64,000 bases of DNA, taken from the NCBI GenBank assembly GCA_963665665.1, contig OY762428.1, forward strand, positions 864,001 through 928,000, given 5' to 3'. This DNA comes from Candidatus Kapaibacterium sp. GTDB lineage: Bacteria; Bacteroidota; Ignavibacteria; Kapaibacteriales; UBA2268. How positions within the stretch are numbered: the first letter of the stretch is position 1; each line of letters opens with the position of its first letter. The notes beneath the pieces were generated by a model. The model had not been told where the DNA came from and made no database searches. It saw only the letters and a program-made list of their open reading frames with translations. The translations under genes and the position numbers were made by a program. Below, one piece after another: positions 29,309 to 40,217 of this stretch.

Positions 29309-30133
29309 ATGAAAGAAGACAAAAAAGAAAGCAAAAAATTCAAGAAAAACGGGAAAATGGCAGTAAAATATTATGAAGATGAACTTGCCAGGCTACAGTT
29401 GGAGTTGGTAAAAATGCAATACTGGCTTCGTGATGTTGGTGAAAAAATGGTGATAATATTTGAAGGAAGGGATGCTGCCGGAAAAGGCGGTGTTATTAAA
29501 AGAATTACCGAACCGCTGAATCCCCGTGGATGCCGTGTTGTTGCTCTGGATAAACCGTCGAACAAAGAAATGACTCAGTGGTACTTCCAAAGATACGTTG
29601 CGCACCTGCCTTCTGCCGGTGAGATAGTAATATTCGACAGAAGCTGGTATAATCGTGCCGGAGTTGAAAGGGTTATGGGATTTTGTAAAGAGGAGGAATA
29701 CCTTGAATTCATGCGTTCATGCCCCGAGTTTGAAAGAATGCTTGTCAGGTCGGGAATCACACTACTGAAATATTGGTTCTCGGTCAGTGATGAAGAACAG
29801 GAAAAAAGACTTCGTGACCGAACGATAAACCCGGCTAAAAGATGGAAATTCTCACCGATGGATTTGGAGTCCTGGCAAAAGTGGGAAGGCTATTCAAAGG
29901 CCAAGGATGATATGTTTAAATATACTGATATAAAGCAGGCGCCATGGTATGTAGTGGAAGCTGATGATAAAAAACGGGCACGGCTGAATTGTATTACTCA
30001 TATAATAAATTCAATCCCTTATAAAGATATAATTCCCGGCCAGTTCGAATTGCCACCGAGAAGTACGGAAAGCCATTACATCAGACCGCCGCTTTCAGAT
30101 TATTCATTTGTTCCTGATAATTATGGTGATTAA
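29309..30133 (+). CDS. ppk2: Polyphosphate kinase 2 (PPK2)
   Basis: Walker A FEGRDAAGKGG, WYFQRY, FDRSWYNRAGVERVMGFC; likely start MKEDK at 29309. Confidence 0.95.
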   Translation: MKEDKKESKKFKKNGKMAVKYYEDELARLQLELVKMQYWLRDVGEKMVIIFEGRDAAGKGGVIKRITEPLNPRGCRVVALDKPSNKEMTQWYFQRYVAHLPSAGEIVIFDRSWYNRAGVERVMGFCKEEEYLEFMRSCPEFERMLVRSGITLLKYWFSVSDEEQEKRLRDRTINPAKRWKFSPMDLESWQKWEGYSKAKDDMFKYTDIKQAPWYVVEADDKKRARLNCITHIINSIPYKDIIPGQFELPPRSTESHYIRPPLSDYSFVPDNYGD

Positions 30134-30141
30134 ATTACAGC

Positions 30142-30173
30142 AAAACACCCTTTGTTCAAAACAAAGGGTGTTT
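30142..30173. terminator. Bidirectional intrinsic terminator
   Basis: 14-bp perfect stem AAACACCCTTTGTT / AACAAAGGGTGTTT between convergent ppk2 and antiporter genes. Confidence 0.8.
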
Positions 30174-30207
30174 CCATAATTAATTTCTATTTCAATATAA
30201 TTTCAAC

Positions 30208-31431
30208 TTATGCTTTTGTGCCAACCAGGCGTTTGACCATATAAATGAAAACGCCTGTAAGAACCAGATTCAGGGTCAGGCTTAGTAAAGCAACTGTAAG
30301 AATGTGCCCGCCTATTCCAAATCCGATACTGACAACAAGAACTCCTGCTCCGACTTCGCCCCTCGGCCACATACCGATAGCAAGAGCCAGGCGTGTTTTA
30401 AAATTAGCTTCTTTCCTATAGCAGAATGCAGGAAACATTTTTCCGATATTAGAGATTATTGTTACCATAAGAACGTGGAACATAATCATTCCCCACCCCG
30501 GCATTTCAAGTGTAGCAGTCAGGCTCTGAGCAGTTTCCTTCACGGCCGATACTTCATTTCCTCCAATAATCGAAGGCATACTCAGGCCAACAAGTACCAT
30601 AAATATTCCCGATATAATACTGGATACTCTCTGCTCCTCTGGTGATTCCGGGCCTTCCTGATGCCCTTCTCTTTCGTCATCGGAATGAGGATCGCTTCCC
30701 TCAGGATGTTTCATTATAGCACCCAGAACAAATGCAGGCAGCAAAACTTCAAGGTGAATCGGAACAGATGTATCTATCTGAAGGCTTCCCCAGTGGATTA
30801 TCTCAGAAATTATTACAATAATAAAGGAATATAGCAATACCCACTGCCATTTTGAACTGATATTGATTTTATGAAGATATTTCCAGGCTATCCAAACCAA
30901 TATTACCATTACAAGAACAATAACCCCTAACTGCCATGCTATTCCAAGAATCAGCATCTTCAGAGGTATCATTAATAACACAGTATCCAGGTCGTCAAAA
31001 ATTGCAAGTATCCTTGCTTTCTTGAAAAGCCATGAAGCGCTTAGCCCGGCTGCTGCCAGCATGGAAAATAATACACCTGCAGATGTTGGTGCTGCAAACC
31101 GTCCTGCAAGCAGAGATTCCTTCCATGCATCCCAATTTGCCCAGAACTCCGGTGGTATTAATACAAATACAAAATATAATGTTACAAGTATCCAGGGAAA
31201 TGTAGCCGCAGTCATGGCTACAACATAATCCCAGCCATAAGGTTTGATATTGGATTTATCAATTTCAAACTCATACCCTACATGTATCATGATGAAAGCA
31301 AGGGCTGTCATTGTCAGGACTGTAATCACTTTATTAAGTGAACTAAAACCGGAACCTGCCAGTTCCGGCAGGAACTGGGACACAACAAGTCCAACGATTA
31401 ATAAAACGGAATAAAATGCTACTTTTTTCAT
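30208..31431 (-). CDS. Cation:proton antiporter (CPA2/NapA-like)
   Basis: About 12 hydrophobic helices; PTSAG, AIFDD and GMWPRGEVG motifs characteristic of CPA2-type antiporters. Confidence 0.85.
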   Translation of the reverse strand: MKKVAFYSVLLIVGLVVSQFLPELAGSGFSSLNKVITVLTMTALAFIMIHVGYEFEIDKSNIKPYGWDYVVAMTAATFPWILVTLYFVFVLIPPEFWANWDAWKESLLAGRFAAPTSAGVLFSMLAAAGLSASWLFKKARILAIFDDLDTVLLMIPLKMLILGIAWQLGVIVLVMVILVWIAWKYLHKINISSKWQWVLLYSFIIVIISEIIHWGSLQIDTSVPIHLEVLLPAFVLGAIMKHPEGSDPHSDDEREGHQEGPESPEEQRVSSIISGIFMVLVGLSMPSIIGGNEVSAVKETAQSLTATLEMPGWGMIMFHVLMVTIISNIGKMFPAFCYRKEANFKTRLALAIGMWPRGEVGAGVLVVSIGFGIGGHILTVALLSLTLNLVLTGVFIYMVKRLVGTKA

Positions 31432-31521
31432 ATTTTTTTCGTATATTTTAATAATAACATGATAAATAAGACTACGTTAATCCTATTTTATTTTATTTTT
31501 TTTAACAACAATAATAAGACC

Positions 31522-31950
31522 TTGAAAAGAATTTTATATACCTTTCTGAGTTTTATCGGCGGACTGGCTTTTATATTACTTGGTGTTTTATATTACATGG
31601 ATACAATGGGATATACAATTGAAGGAGCAGAGGAGACAACCGGAATAATTAGCGGATGGAAAAAATCAAAAAATGATAACAGTATGCTTCCGAACTTTGA
31701 ATATACTGTTTTCAATCCAAGAGTTAAATTTACAACAAAGGACGGCCGGAAAATTGAGTTCCTTGATTTAGTGAGTGAATCAGATAAAGTTTATCCTGTT
31801 GGCAGTGTTGTTGATGTTGTATATAATCCAATGCAACCCGGCGATGCACGTCTGATTCGGCCAAAATCTATATGGGGGCAACATTTGATATTAATAGGCC
31901 TTGGGGCGGTTTTATTAGGAATATCAATTATTATTTTCAGGTTTTCCTGA
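31522..31950 (+). CDS. DUF3592-like membrane protein
   Basis: TM helices at both ends flanking TTGII...PRVKFTTKDG...YPVGSVVDVVYNP.QP..A; likely TTG start at 31522 (the ORF track starts at 31459). Confidence 0.75.
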   Translation: MKRILYTFLSFIGGLAFILLGVLYYMDTMGYTIEGAEETTGIISGWKKSKNDNSMLPNFEYTVFNPRVKFTTKDGRKIEFLDLVSESDKVYPVGSVVDVVYNPMQPGDARLIRPKSIWGQHLILIGLGAVLLGISIIIFRFS

Positions 31951-33444
31951 TTTTTTCTCATGCAGAAATGGCAGGATCATCCTGAACTCACTTCCTTTTT
32001 TTAACTCGCTGTCAACTTCAATTATTCCGTCATGAGCATCAACTATCCATTTAACAATTGACAGGCCTAATCCCGTACCGCCAATTTCTTTCGATCTGGC
32101 TTTATCAACACGGTAGAATCTGTCGAATATTAGCGGAAGGTCTTTTTCCGGTATCCCCATACCGGAATCCTTAACAGTAAAAATTGCACTATCATCTGAT
32201 TTTTCAAGTTTTATAAGAATAGTGCCGCCATCCGGAGTATATTTCACAGCATTGTCCACCAGGTTAAGCAATACCTGGTGCAGCCTTCCCGAGTCATATT
32301 CAACCATAACCGCGTTTTCAATTTCAGAATCAACTTTAATATTTTTCTCCTCAGCAAGAATAGTAATGTCATCTGAAATATCCATTACATGCTGGGAAAG
32401 GTCATTTACCGTCAGGTTCATTTGTAACTGCCCCATATCTGCCCTTGATAAATCAAGCAGTGTTTCAACAACACTTGACAGCCTTTGTACTTCATTCAGG
32501 GCACTGGCGATAAGATATTCATATTCCTCAGTCGACCTGGGACTATGAAGTGCAAGCTCCAATTCGCCACGTAAAATAGTAAGCGGAGTCTTCAACTCGT
32601 GGGATGCATCGGAAGTAAACTGCTTTATTTGCCGAAATGAAACTTCAAGCCTGTCGATCATTTCATTAATTGTTTCGATCAAGCGGCCTAATTCATCTTT
32701 TACTCTCGGTTCCGGAAGTCTGTCGCTTAAATTCCTTGCTGTAATGGTTTTAGCCGTTTTGGTAATTTTGTCGATTGAACGCAGGGAAATCCTGGAAAGA
32801 TACATTCCGCCAAATGCAGAAATCAACAAAATCAATGGCATTGCATATATAAGAATTCTGAAAAGGCCTTTCAGGGTATCTTCCATTTCACCGATAGGAT
32901 AGGCTACGGATACGGCTGCTTCCCGGTTAATCAAAGTAAATATCCTGACTTGAATATCTCCAACATAATTATCGGAAAATGCTGAGTCCGGGCAAGTATA
33001 CTTTGAATTTTTAAAGAAACAGGGCAATGTATCGTTTTTAAGATTAGCTGATCTCCATATTTCATTTGTTTTGCGCCACTGCACCTGTATAAGATAGTTT
33101 CTTGAATCCATTAAAATATTATTATACAGCGATGTGAGCAGATCTTCAGAACCCTGGTTTTCAATTTCATTTTCAGCTAATACCGGCCCTATGAATTTTT
33201 TTTCCTGATTACTATTGGCTTTATTAATATCTCTTATAAAGTGGCTCACTTTATCGGACTTCCGGAATTCATCCAGGCTTATAACCTTCCTAACAGCATG
33301 GCCAATATCCATCAATGATTCATCGATATTTTCATTTAATTCCGAGGACAAAGACCAATAAAGGTAGAAACCAAATGCTGCAAGGGTTAATCCAAGAATT
33401 GCTGTGTACCAGAATGATAATTTCGTAAGCGCTGATATTTTCAT
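31924..33444 (-). CDS. Membrane HAMP sensor histidine kinase (CusS/CzcS-like)
   Basis: Two TM helices, HAMP (DELGRL), FTSDASHELKTPL, NLVDNAVKY, DSGMGI, FDRFYRVDKARS, GGTGLGL. Confidence 0.92.
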   Translation of the reverse strand: MKISALTKLSFWYTAILGLTLAAFGFYLYWSLSSELNENIDESLMDIGHAVRKVISLDEFRKSDKVSHFIRDINKANSNQEKKFIGPVLAENEIENQGSEDLLTSLYNNILMDSRNYLIQVQWRKTNEIWRSANLKNDTLPCFFKNSKYTCPDSAFSDNYVGDIQVRIFTLINREAAVSVAYPIGEMEDTLKGLFRILIYAMPLILLISAFGGMYLSRISLRSIDKITKTAKTITARNLSDRLPEPRVKDELGRLIETINEMIDRLEVSFRQIKQFTSDASHELKTPLTILRGELELALHSPRSTEEYEYLIASALNEVQRLSSVVETLLDLSRADMGQLQMNLTVNDLSQHVMDISDDITILAEEKNIKVDSEIENAVMVEYDSGRLHQVLLNLVDNAVKYTPDGGTILIKLEKSDDSAIFTVKDSGMGIPEKDLPLIFDRFYRVDKARSKEIGGTGLGLSIVKWIVDAHDGIIEVDSELKKGSEFRMILPFLHEKKSGKPENNN

Positions 33445-33594
33445 CTATAATTCCAGCCGGCCAATATCTGTTCAACTGAATAGTACTTTTAATCGTTAAC
33501 AATATAAAAAGTTTTTTGAGAAATTAAATAATTAAGTTACATTATTTTTTTATTTGTGTCAGGCTGAGAAAATTAAATTTCTGGTATTAGTTTA

Positions 33595-36500
33595 ATGGAA
33601 AAAAGCAAAAGAAAAAATGACAATGGGGCCAAACCCAACAAAAACTTTGCAAAAAAACTTGGAAAGCTTCTTCTTTATTTAGTTTTGATTTTTGTGATTT
33701 TTAGCTTTGCACTTTATTTCTTTACAAAGACTGATGCATTCAGGGAATGGGCCAGTGAATTTATCAGCGACCAGGTTAATTCGGCACTCGAAGCTGATGT
33801 TTACTTCAGTGATTTCCAGCTGAATGGATTTCTCGGCCTGGAACTAAATAATGTAATTATGATTTCAGCTGGCGATACATTAGCCCGGATCAGGAAAATA
33901 TCTGTTGATTTTGATCCCTATAAACTTCTTGACAATGAGCTTGATATACATCGGGTTTCATTGAATAATCCAAGGATCAGGCTTTTACGCTCTAATGATC
34001 TGAGCTGGAATTTCGAGCATATAGTCCCTCCATCCGATGATACAACATCTTCAGGAAAGGCCCAACTGAAAATCAACCTGGACATGATGGAAATAAACAA
34101 TGCCAGTATCCGGCTTTTTGATTCCACATCTGATAACAGCTCAATATTTTCAGATTCAAGAATAACTGATCTGAACCTGGAATTGATTGCTGAAGCTGAC
34201 ATCGGTATTAATAGATATAAATTAAAACTGGAGGACCTGAATTTTAAAGAAAACAATAGTGGATTGATACTTGAAGAAATTGATATCGAAGCCTCAATTG
34301 ATACAAATTCAATTGCACTCGGCAATTTATCGCTGAAGACAGGTAATTCCGACCTTTCAATTGACGCTTCTGTTGTTGGCGTGAATTTGTTCGGGGAAAA
34401 ATTTAGCTCGGAATTAAAAAATGCAGGACTGGATATAAATATCGATATTGCAAATATTAATTCTAAGGAATTTGAGCCATTTTCAGACCAACTTCCAATC
34501 TCAGGAGATATAAGCCTTTTATGCAAAATATCAGGCCGGGTGGACAGTATAAATATGGAAAAACTCCTTCTGACTTTTTACAATTCACATATCAGCCTGA
34601 ATGGTAAGATAAACGGACTATTATCTGAAAGCATAAGTCCTGATATTGTTGTTGAAAGTTCACTTATTAACACTATAGATATTTCTTCCCTGCTTACCGT
34701 AATAAAAACCGGTGATATTCCGGATCTGGAAGGAATAAAGCTTAATGGTACAAAAATCTACGGCGATTCGGACAGCCTGAGTACTTACCTGAATATCAAA
34801 TCTGAACCTGTAAACATAGAGGGCCTTGCAGGAATATCGCTGAAGGACTCCATTCCTGTTTACTCGGCTTTGATTGATATTCGCAACCTTGATCTGAAAC
34901 CATTATTGCGGGATAATAGTTTAGCCTCAGATATTGATCTTAGTATAAAAGCAAATGGAAGAAGTTTTGATATCAACAATCTGGTTGCCGTACTGGATAT
35001 GGAAATTTTCGATTCAAGGTTTAAACATATCGATATTAAGAATGGTAAAATTCATACATCTATTGATAAATCTGGAATATTGCACTTAGACACTATGTCC
35101 CTGGCTTTCAAAAATCCAATATCCGAGTTATCATATTCCCCTGAAGAAGGCCATTTATTTGTTAATGCAAATATAAATGTTAGGGATTTGGCAAATTCAG
35201 ATTATTACGCAATGATAGAGTTTGACGGAATAAACCCTGCCCATATTGTCGAGAATCCGGGAATTCCAAATTTAGTATCAGGCGCGGTAAAAGTACAGGG
35301 GAAATATATTGATTTAGATCAACTAAACGCAGATGTACAGTTAGAAGTAAGTGAACTTATGCTGGGAGAAATGTTTATATTTCCATTCAATCTTCAGGCA
35401 TCGCTGCAGGATGCTGCCGATAGTACCAAACACCTGGTACTTAAGTCCGATTTTGCTGACGTGGATGTGAGGGGAGAGTTCATACCAACAGAACTAATTG
35501 ACCTGATGGCAAATCACGGGCAGCAGATCGGCGAGGATATTGTCAGGAAAATTGATAATATATACGGTAATACAGATACGCTTCAGGCAACAGAATTCGA
35601 AAAATATCCCGCCCTTAACTTCAAACTTTCTGCCAATGTGAATGACCTTTCAGTACTGAACTCAGTTGTTGACAGCCTTGATATCACAGCCAATACAAAA
35701 ATTGATCTTAGCTTCGAATCTGATTCCAATAAATGCCATACAACTATCAATGAGCTACAAATTGAAAATTTCGGGCTTGACCTTCCCGGGTTTGATTTGA
35801 ATATTTCCGAGACATCATTATCAGGTGATATTGAACTAATTCATGATGAGAATTATCCGTATATTGGCAAGGGGAAGTTTAAAATTTTCAGTGCTTCTGA
35901 TATATTTATTAACGATCTTTTGATCTCGGGCAGTTCGGTATCTGTTGATATTTCAAACAAAGAAATATCCTTTAACGCCGGTGCCGGAATAAACAATACG
36001 CATATTTTCGGAGCTGACGGGAAAGTTGTATTATCTGGCTCGGCAGCAAATGTAAGATTCTCCAATATCGAGTATAGTTTCGATACATTGTTTACCTGGC
36101 GGAATCAGAAAGAAGTAAATCTGTCCTATGATAATAATCATCTAAAAATATATTCTTTCAATATCAGCCGGGATAATTTTGAAAATATTTCAGTTCAGGG
36201 CAGTTATGATCTTGACGGAAATGCGGATATTGAATGTGATATCAGGAATTTTACTCCTTTAAGTTTTATTTCCTTTGTTCCGGAAAACCTAATAGAATAT
36301 GTTAATGATTTTAGGGGTAAATTTGACAGCTTACATGTTCATGCCACCCGAAACATTGAAAATCCCTCAATAAAAGTTGATTTATATGGTGATAGCCTTG
36401 CTTACAATAAAAATATTCTTGGTGCTGTCAGCCTTTCTCTGGAATATCAAAATCAGAATATTTCCGGTAATGCCAATTTTACTGACAAAAATATAACGGA

Positions 36501-38145
36501 TTCTCCATATCTGGATATTAATATCATCAAACTTCCAATGAACCTTCTTGCCAAAGACGGGAAGATTTTTGTTAAAAACACAGAATCAGATATAAGTATT
36601 ATAGCATCACAGTTTCCTTTACAGATAGTATCCCCGTTTATTCCCGGCATATCTGATATTCGCGGCCCGGCAGACCTGAATTTGAAGATCGGCGGATATT
36701 TACCGGAAGACCCGGATATTAACGGGCAGCTTTCTTTTGACAATGCAGTTTTGGTTCTTGAAGCAACCAATATGCGCTATTATGCCCGGGGAGTAGTTGA
36801 TATTAATGAGGATAAAATAAATATCAGACGCGTTAATCTTTATAATCAAAGGCGTGACCTGAACAATGGGGCGGCAAATGTAGAGGGATTTGTAACTCTG
36901 AATGAATTTATGCCGGACAAGATTGATATTAAAATTAAAACTGACCGATTTATGGTATTAGGCCCTTCATCAATAAAATCTATGCCCGGGCTTTACGGAG
37001 ACTTTGTAATTCAATCCGGAGATAATCCTATTCATTTCTTCGGCACTCTTGATGAACCGAATCTCGAAGGTGATATAAATGTATTAAGGGCTGACCTGCA
37101 AATGCCCCAGGAAATTGAATCCACACAGGAAAAATCAACATTCAGATACATCATCGGAGATGAATTGCTTACTTTCGATGATAAATACAATCCTGATTCA
37201 AGTAATATCTCAACTCCGGACGATAAAATTATTGTTCCAAAACCTTCTTCGTTAAATAAGCAGGAGGTAGATTTTTCAGAATTGATCAATTACGATCTGA
37301 GGATAAAAATACTCGGGCCTTTCGATGTTACTATGGAATTACCTGTGATCTTTTCCAGCCTAACTGCTGAAATTGGTACACGGGACAGGTCTGTTCCGAT
37401 TCGTTACGTCAAAACCAGGAATAAAAAACAGGCTACTCTGTACGGGGAGCTATTAATCAAAGAAGGATCTAAATTAAAAATATACAGAACTCTTGAAGCT
37501 CAGGGCAATATCAATTTCCCATCAGGATCTATCGAGGATCCCGGCCTTGATATCACAGCCGAATATCCATTCCGTAGTACAAGTGGCGAAACAACAAAAG
37601 AATACGTTGTTAAATTAAGAGTATCGGGTACTAAAAGTAAGTTAAACCTTTCATTTACCTATCTGGAAAATGGTGAGGAAGCCACCGGAGATTCGACAGA
37701 AATTGCACAGGATGCCATTTTCCTTCTTACCTTCGGGAAAACAAAGAACGAACTTATGGAATCAGGTTTTGACGGAAATCTTGGCCAGAGTATTGGAACT
37801 CAGGTATCATCAATAGGTACTTCCTACCTCCTTTCTCAGTTATTCTCCGGGATAAAGGAAATTCAAAGCGCCGATATTGATTTTGGCTCCGATGACCTTG
37901 ATTTTTCCCAGGCAAGGCTGAAACTTACGGGCCAGCTTTGGGGACTCAGATGGGAAATTGGCGGATCGGTTGTTGACCTTGCCAATAATTACGAATTTAC
38001 AATAGACGTGCCGATAGCTGCTTTGTTCCAGACTGACCTTATGAATATAAATCTGACAATTACCCGAAGTACAAGCATGAATATTTCACCCAGCCTGGAT
38101 CAGAAAGAATGGGAAGTAAAATTCAAAATCGGCGGAAGCTGGTAG
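33595..38145 (+). CDS. tamB: Translocation and assembly module TamB / AsmA-like protein
   Basis: 1516 aa; N-terminal anchor, AsmA-like start (LNNPRIRL...WNF), long beta-taco repeats, C-terminal DUF490-like region (G.INF..G....P.LDITA). Confidence 0.75.
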   Translation: MEKSKRKNDNGAKPNKNFAKKLGKLLLYLVLIFVIFSFALYFFTKTDAFREWASEFISDQVNSALEADVYFSDFQLNGFLGLELNNVIMISAGDTLARIRKISVDFDPYKLLDNELDIHRVSLNNPRIRLLRSNDLSWNFEHIVPPSDDTTSSGKAQLKINLDMMEINNASIRLFDSTSDNSSIFSDSRITDLNLELIAEADIGINRYKLKLEDLNFKENNSGLILEEIDIEASIDTNSIALGNLSLKTGNSDLSIDASVVGVNLFGEKFSSELKNAGLDINIDIANINSKEFEPFSDQLPISGDISLLCKISGRVDSINMEKLLLTFYNSHISLNGKINGLLSESISPDIVVESSLINTIDISSLLTVIKTGDIPDLEGIKLNGTKIYGDSDSLSTYLNIKSEPVNIEGLAGISLKDSIPVYSALIDIRNLDLKPLLRDNSLASDIDLSIKANGRSFDINNLVAVLDMEIFDSRFKHIDIKNGKIHTSIDKSGILHLDTMSLAFKNPISELSYSPEEGHLFVNANINVRDLANSDYYAMIEFDGINPAHIVENPGIPNLVSGAVKVQGKYIDLDQLNADVQLEVSELMLGEMFIFPFNLQASLQDAADSTKHLVLKSDFADVDVRGEFIPTELIDLMANHGQQIGEDIVRKIDNIYGNTDTLQATEFEKYPALNFKLSANVNDLSVLNSVVDSLDITANTKIDLSFESDSNKCHTTINELQIENFGLDLPGFDLNISETSLSGDIELIHDENYPYIGKGKFKIFSASDIFINDLLISGSSVSVDISNKEISFNAGAGINNTHIFGADGKVVLSGSAANVRFSNIEYSFDTLFTWRNQKEVNLSYDNNHLKIYSFNISRDNFENISVQGSYDLDGNADIECDIRNFTPLSFISFVPENLIEYVNDFRGKFDSLHVHATRNIENPSIKVDLYGDSLAYNKNILGAVSLSLEYQNQNISGNANFTDKNITDSPYLDINIIKLPMNLLAKDGKIFVKNTESDISIIASQFPLQIVSPFIPGISDIRGPADLNLKIGGYLPEDPDINGQLSFDNAVLVLEATNMRYYARGVVDINEDKINIRRVNLYNQRRDLNNGAANVEGFVTLNEFMPDKIDIKIKTDRFMVLGPSSIKSMPGLYGDFVIQSGDNPIHFFGTLDEPNLEGDINVLRADLQMPQEIESTQEKSTFRYIIGDELLTFDDKYNPDSSNISTPDDKIIVPKPSSLNKQEVDFSELINYDLRIKILGPFDVTMELPVIFSSLTAEIGTRDRSVPIRYVKTRNKKQATLYGELLIKEGSKLKIYRTLEAQGNINFPSGSIEDPGLDITAEYPFRSTSGETTKEYVVKLRVSGTKSKLNLSFTYLENGEEATGDSTEIAQDAIFLLTFGKTKNELMESGFDGNLGQSIGTQVSSIGTSYLLSQLFSGIKEIQSADIDFGSDDLDFSQARLKLTGQLWGLRWEIGGSVVDLANNYEFTIDVPIAALFQTDLMNINLTITRSTSMNISPSLDQKEWEVKFKIGGSW

Positions 38146-38251
38146 GAAATCTTAATTTTTTTAAATATTTTTTTTAAATATTGAATTTTTTTACTATTTT
38201 ACTTGTGTTACATATTTCACAAGATTTTGAAAATTTCCCGGGAAATTATTT

Positions 38252-38758
38252 ATGGCCGAAATTCGAAACACCCCGACATCCGGTGAAACAACTGTTATCG
38301 GAGATAACATGCTCCAACTGGTAAGTTTTAAAATTGGAGAAGAAGAATTTGGTGTTGACATCCTGAATGTGCAGGAAATTATTCGTATGGTTGAAGTTAC
38401 CAGAGTTCCTAACGCACCTTCATTTGTTGAAGGTGTTATAAATCTGAGGGGTAAGGTTATTCCGATTGTCGACCTAAGGCGCAGGCTGATGATGGCCGAG
38501 AAGTCGAAAGATAAAAATACGCGAATAGTTGTTGTAGAACTGGAAAGAAAAGTTATCGGATTTATTGTTGACAGTGTAAATGAGGTTTTAAGAATTAACA
38601 AGAACATTACAGAGCCACCGCCCCCGATGGTTTCCGGGATTGATTCCGAATTTATTACTGCCATAGGTAAACTGGATGACAGGCTATTGATTCTATTGGA
38701 TCTGGAAAAAATATTATCAATAGAGGAAGTAAACAGTTTGGAAAAACTGGATATTTAA
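38252..38758 (+). CDS. cheW: Chemotaxis coupling protein CheW
   Basis: LVSFKIGEEEFGVDI..VQEII, VPNAPSFVEGVINLRGKVIPIVDL, GFIVDSVNEV. Confidence 0.95.
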   Translation: MAEIRNTPTSGETTVIGDNMLQLVSFKIGEEEFGVDILNVQEIIRMVEVTRVPNAPSFVEGVINLRGKVIPIVDLRRRLMMAEKSKDKNTRIVVVELERKVIGFIVDSVNEVLRINKNITEPPPPMVSGIDSEFITAIGKLDDRLLILLDLEKILSIEEVNSLEKLDI

Positions 38759-38782
38759 AATTTAGAATACAATTTAGTTTTT

Positions 38783-38807
38783 TAAGCCCGGCTTCGAACC
38801 GGGCTTA
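38783..38807 (+). terminator. Probable intrinsic terminator after cheW
   Basis: TAAGCCCGG / CCGGGCTTA perfect stem. Confidence 0.7.
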
Positions 38808-38993
38808 TTATTGCAACACAATTGTTACACAACCCTTTCATTTATTTTATTTTCTAATGATCTTTTACCAACTTGATTTTTATCATTCTATATGAATGTT
38901 ATTTGCTATATTGTATTTTTTGGTATTAGTATTAAAGAAATATCAAAGAATTATTTATTCAGGGTTTTATAATATACAATTTAAGGTAGTCTA

Positions 38994-40217
38994 ATGAGCT
39001 TTAGCTTTAGTCTAATTGGTAAATCGATCAAAGAATCAGCTACACTCAAGCTGAATGAAACTGCCGCGATATTAAGGGCAAAAGGCGAGCCGCTAATCCA
39101 CCTTGGTGGCGGTGAACCAAAAAGCAAAGCCCCAATTGAAGCAATTACCAAGATGACCGGCCATTTGAATTCGGGTGAGGTAAGATATGCTCCGGCAGAC
39201 GGAACGTTCGAAATGAAAGCAGCGGTAATACGCTACACAGAACAATTTTATGACAGAATGGTTTCCCCGGAACATATCGTTGTTTCAGGCGGTGCCAAGC
39301 AGTCAATCATGGTTGCCCTTCAGGCAATTCTCGATCCGCAGGACGAAGTGATTTTCCCTGCACCATATTGGGTCAGTTATACGGAAATGGTTAAACTTTG
39401 TGGTGGTGTGCCGGTTCCGGTTTACCCGGAAGACGGGTCTTTCTACCCCAGGCTGAAAGATATCGAGCAGAATGTAACAAGTTATACAAAAGCTGTTATT
39501 ATCAACAGCCCGAACAACCCTTCCGGGGCGATTTATTCAGAAGAATTTATTTCTGAAGTAGTAGAATTCTGTGAAAAAAACAATCTCTACCTGATAATGG
39601 ATGATATTTATCACAGATTGTACTTTGATAACAATCGTCCTGCAAATCCGTGGAAATATGTTAAGGATCGCACGGAAACTAATAGAATGATTATCATCAA
39701 TGGTGTTTCAAAAGCTTATGCCATGACCGGATTCAGGATAGGCTGGGCTGTTGCAAATAAACGTCTGATTGAAGTTATGAGAAATATTCAGGCTCATCAG
39801 ACTTCCGGGCCTTCAATCCTACTCCAAAAGGCTGCTATAGGCGCTCTGGACGGTAGTCAATCCTGCGTGCGTGCTTTACGCTCAACTTTGGAAAACAACC
39901 GCCGGGTTCTCGTGCAACAGCTGAAAGCCTTTGACGGCATTAATTTCCATGCGCCTGACGGAACTTTTTACTGTTTTGCTGATTTCCGCAACTATACAAA
40001 AGATACTACCAAAACAGCACAGTTACTACTGGACAAAGTAAGGGTTGCTCTTATGCCCGGCGTGGAATTCGGTTTGGAAGGCTGGTATCGTATTTCAACA
40101 TGCGGATCCATTAAAGATATAATCGACGGTATCGAAAGGGTGAAGTGGGCTCTTGACCCGAATTCACCTAACGAACTTTACATTGGTGACAGAAAATTAG
40201 TGAGGGACTGGGCATGA
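38994..40217 (+). CDS. aspC: PLP-dependent class I aminotransferase (aspartate aminotransferase-like)
   Basis: GGEP, SGGAKQS, PAPYWVSY, INSPNNPSG, DDIY, SKAYAMTGFRIG (PLP lysine). Confidence 0.9.
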   Translation: MSFSFSLIGKSIKESATLKLNETAAILRAKGEPLIHLGGGEPKSKAPIEAITKMTGHLNSGEVRYAPADGTFEMKAAVIRYTEQFYDRMVSPEHIVVSGGAKQSIMVALQAILDPQDEVIFPAPYWVSYTEMVKLCGGVPVPVYPEDGSFYPRLKDIEQNVTSYTKAVIINSPNNPSGAIYSEEFISEVVEFCEKNNLYLIMDDIYHRLYFDNNRPANPWKYVKDRTETNRMIIINGVSKAYAMTGFRIGWAVANKRLIEVMRNIQAHQTSGPSILLQKAAIGALDGSQSCVRALRSTLENNRRVLVQQLKAFDGINFHAPDGTFYCFADFRNYTKDTTKTAQLLLDKVRVALMPGVEFGLEGWYRISTCGSIKDIIDGIERVKWALDPNSPNELYIGDRKLVRDWA

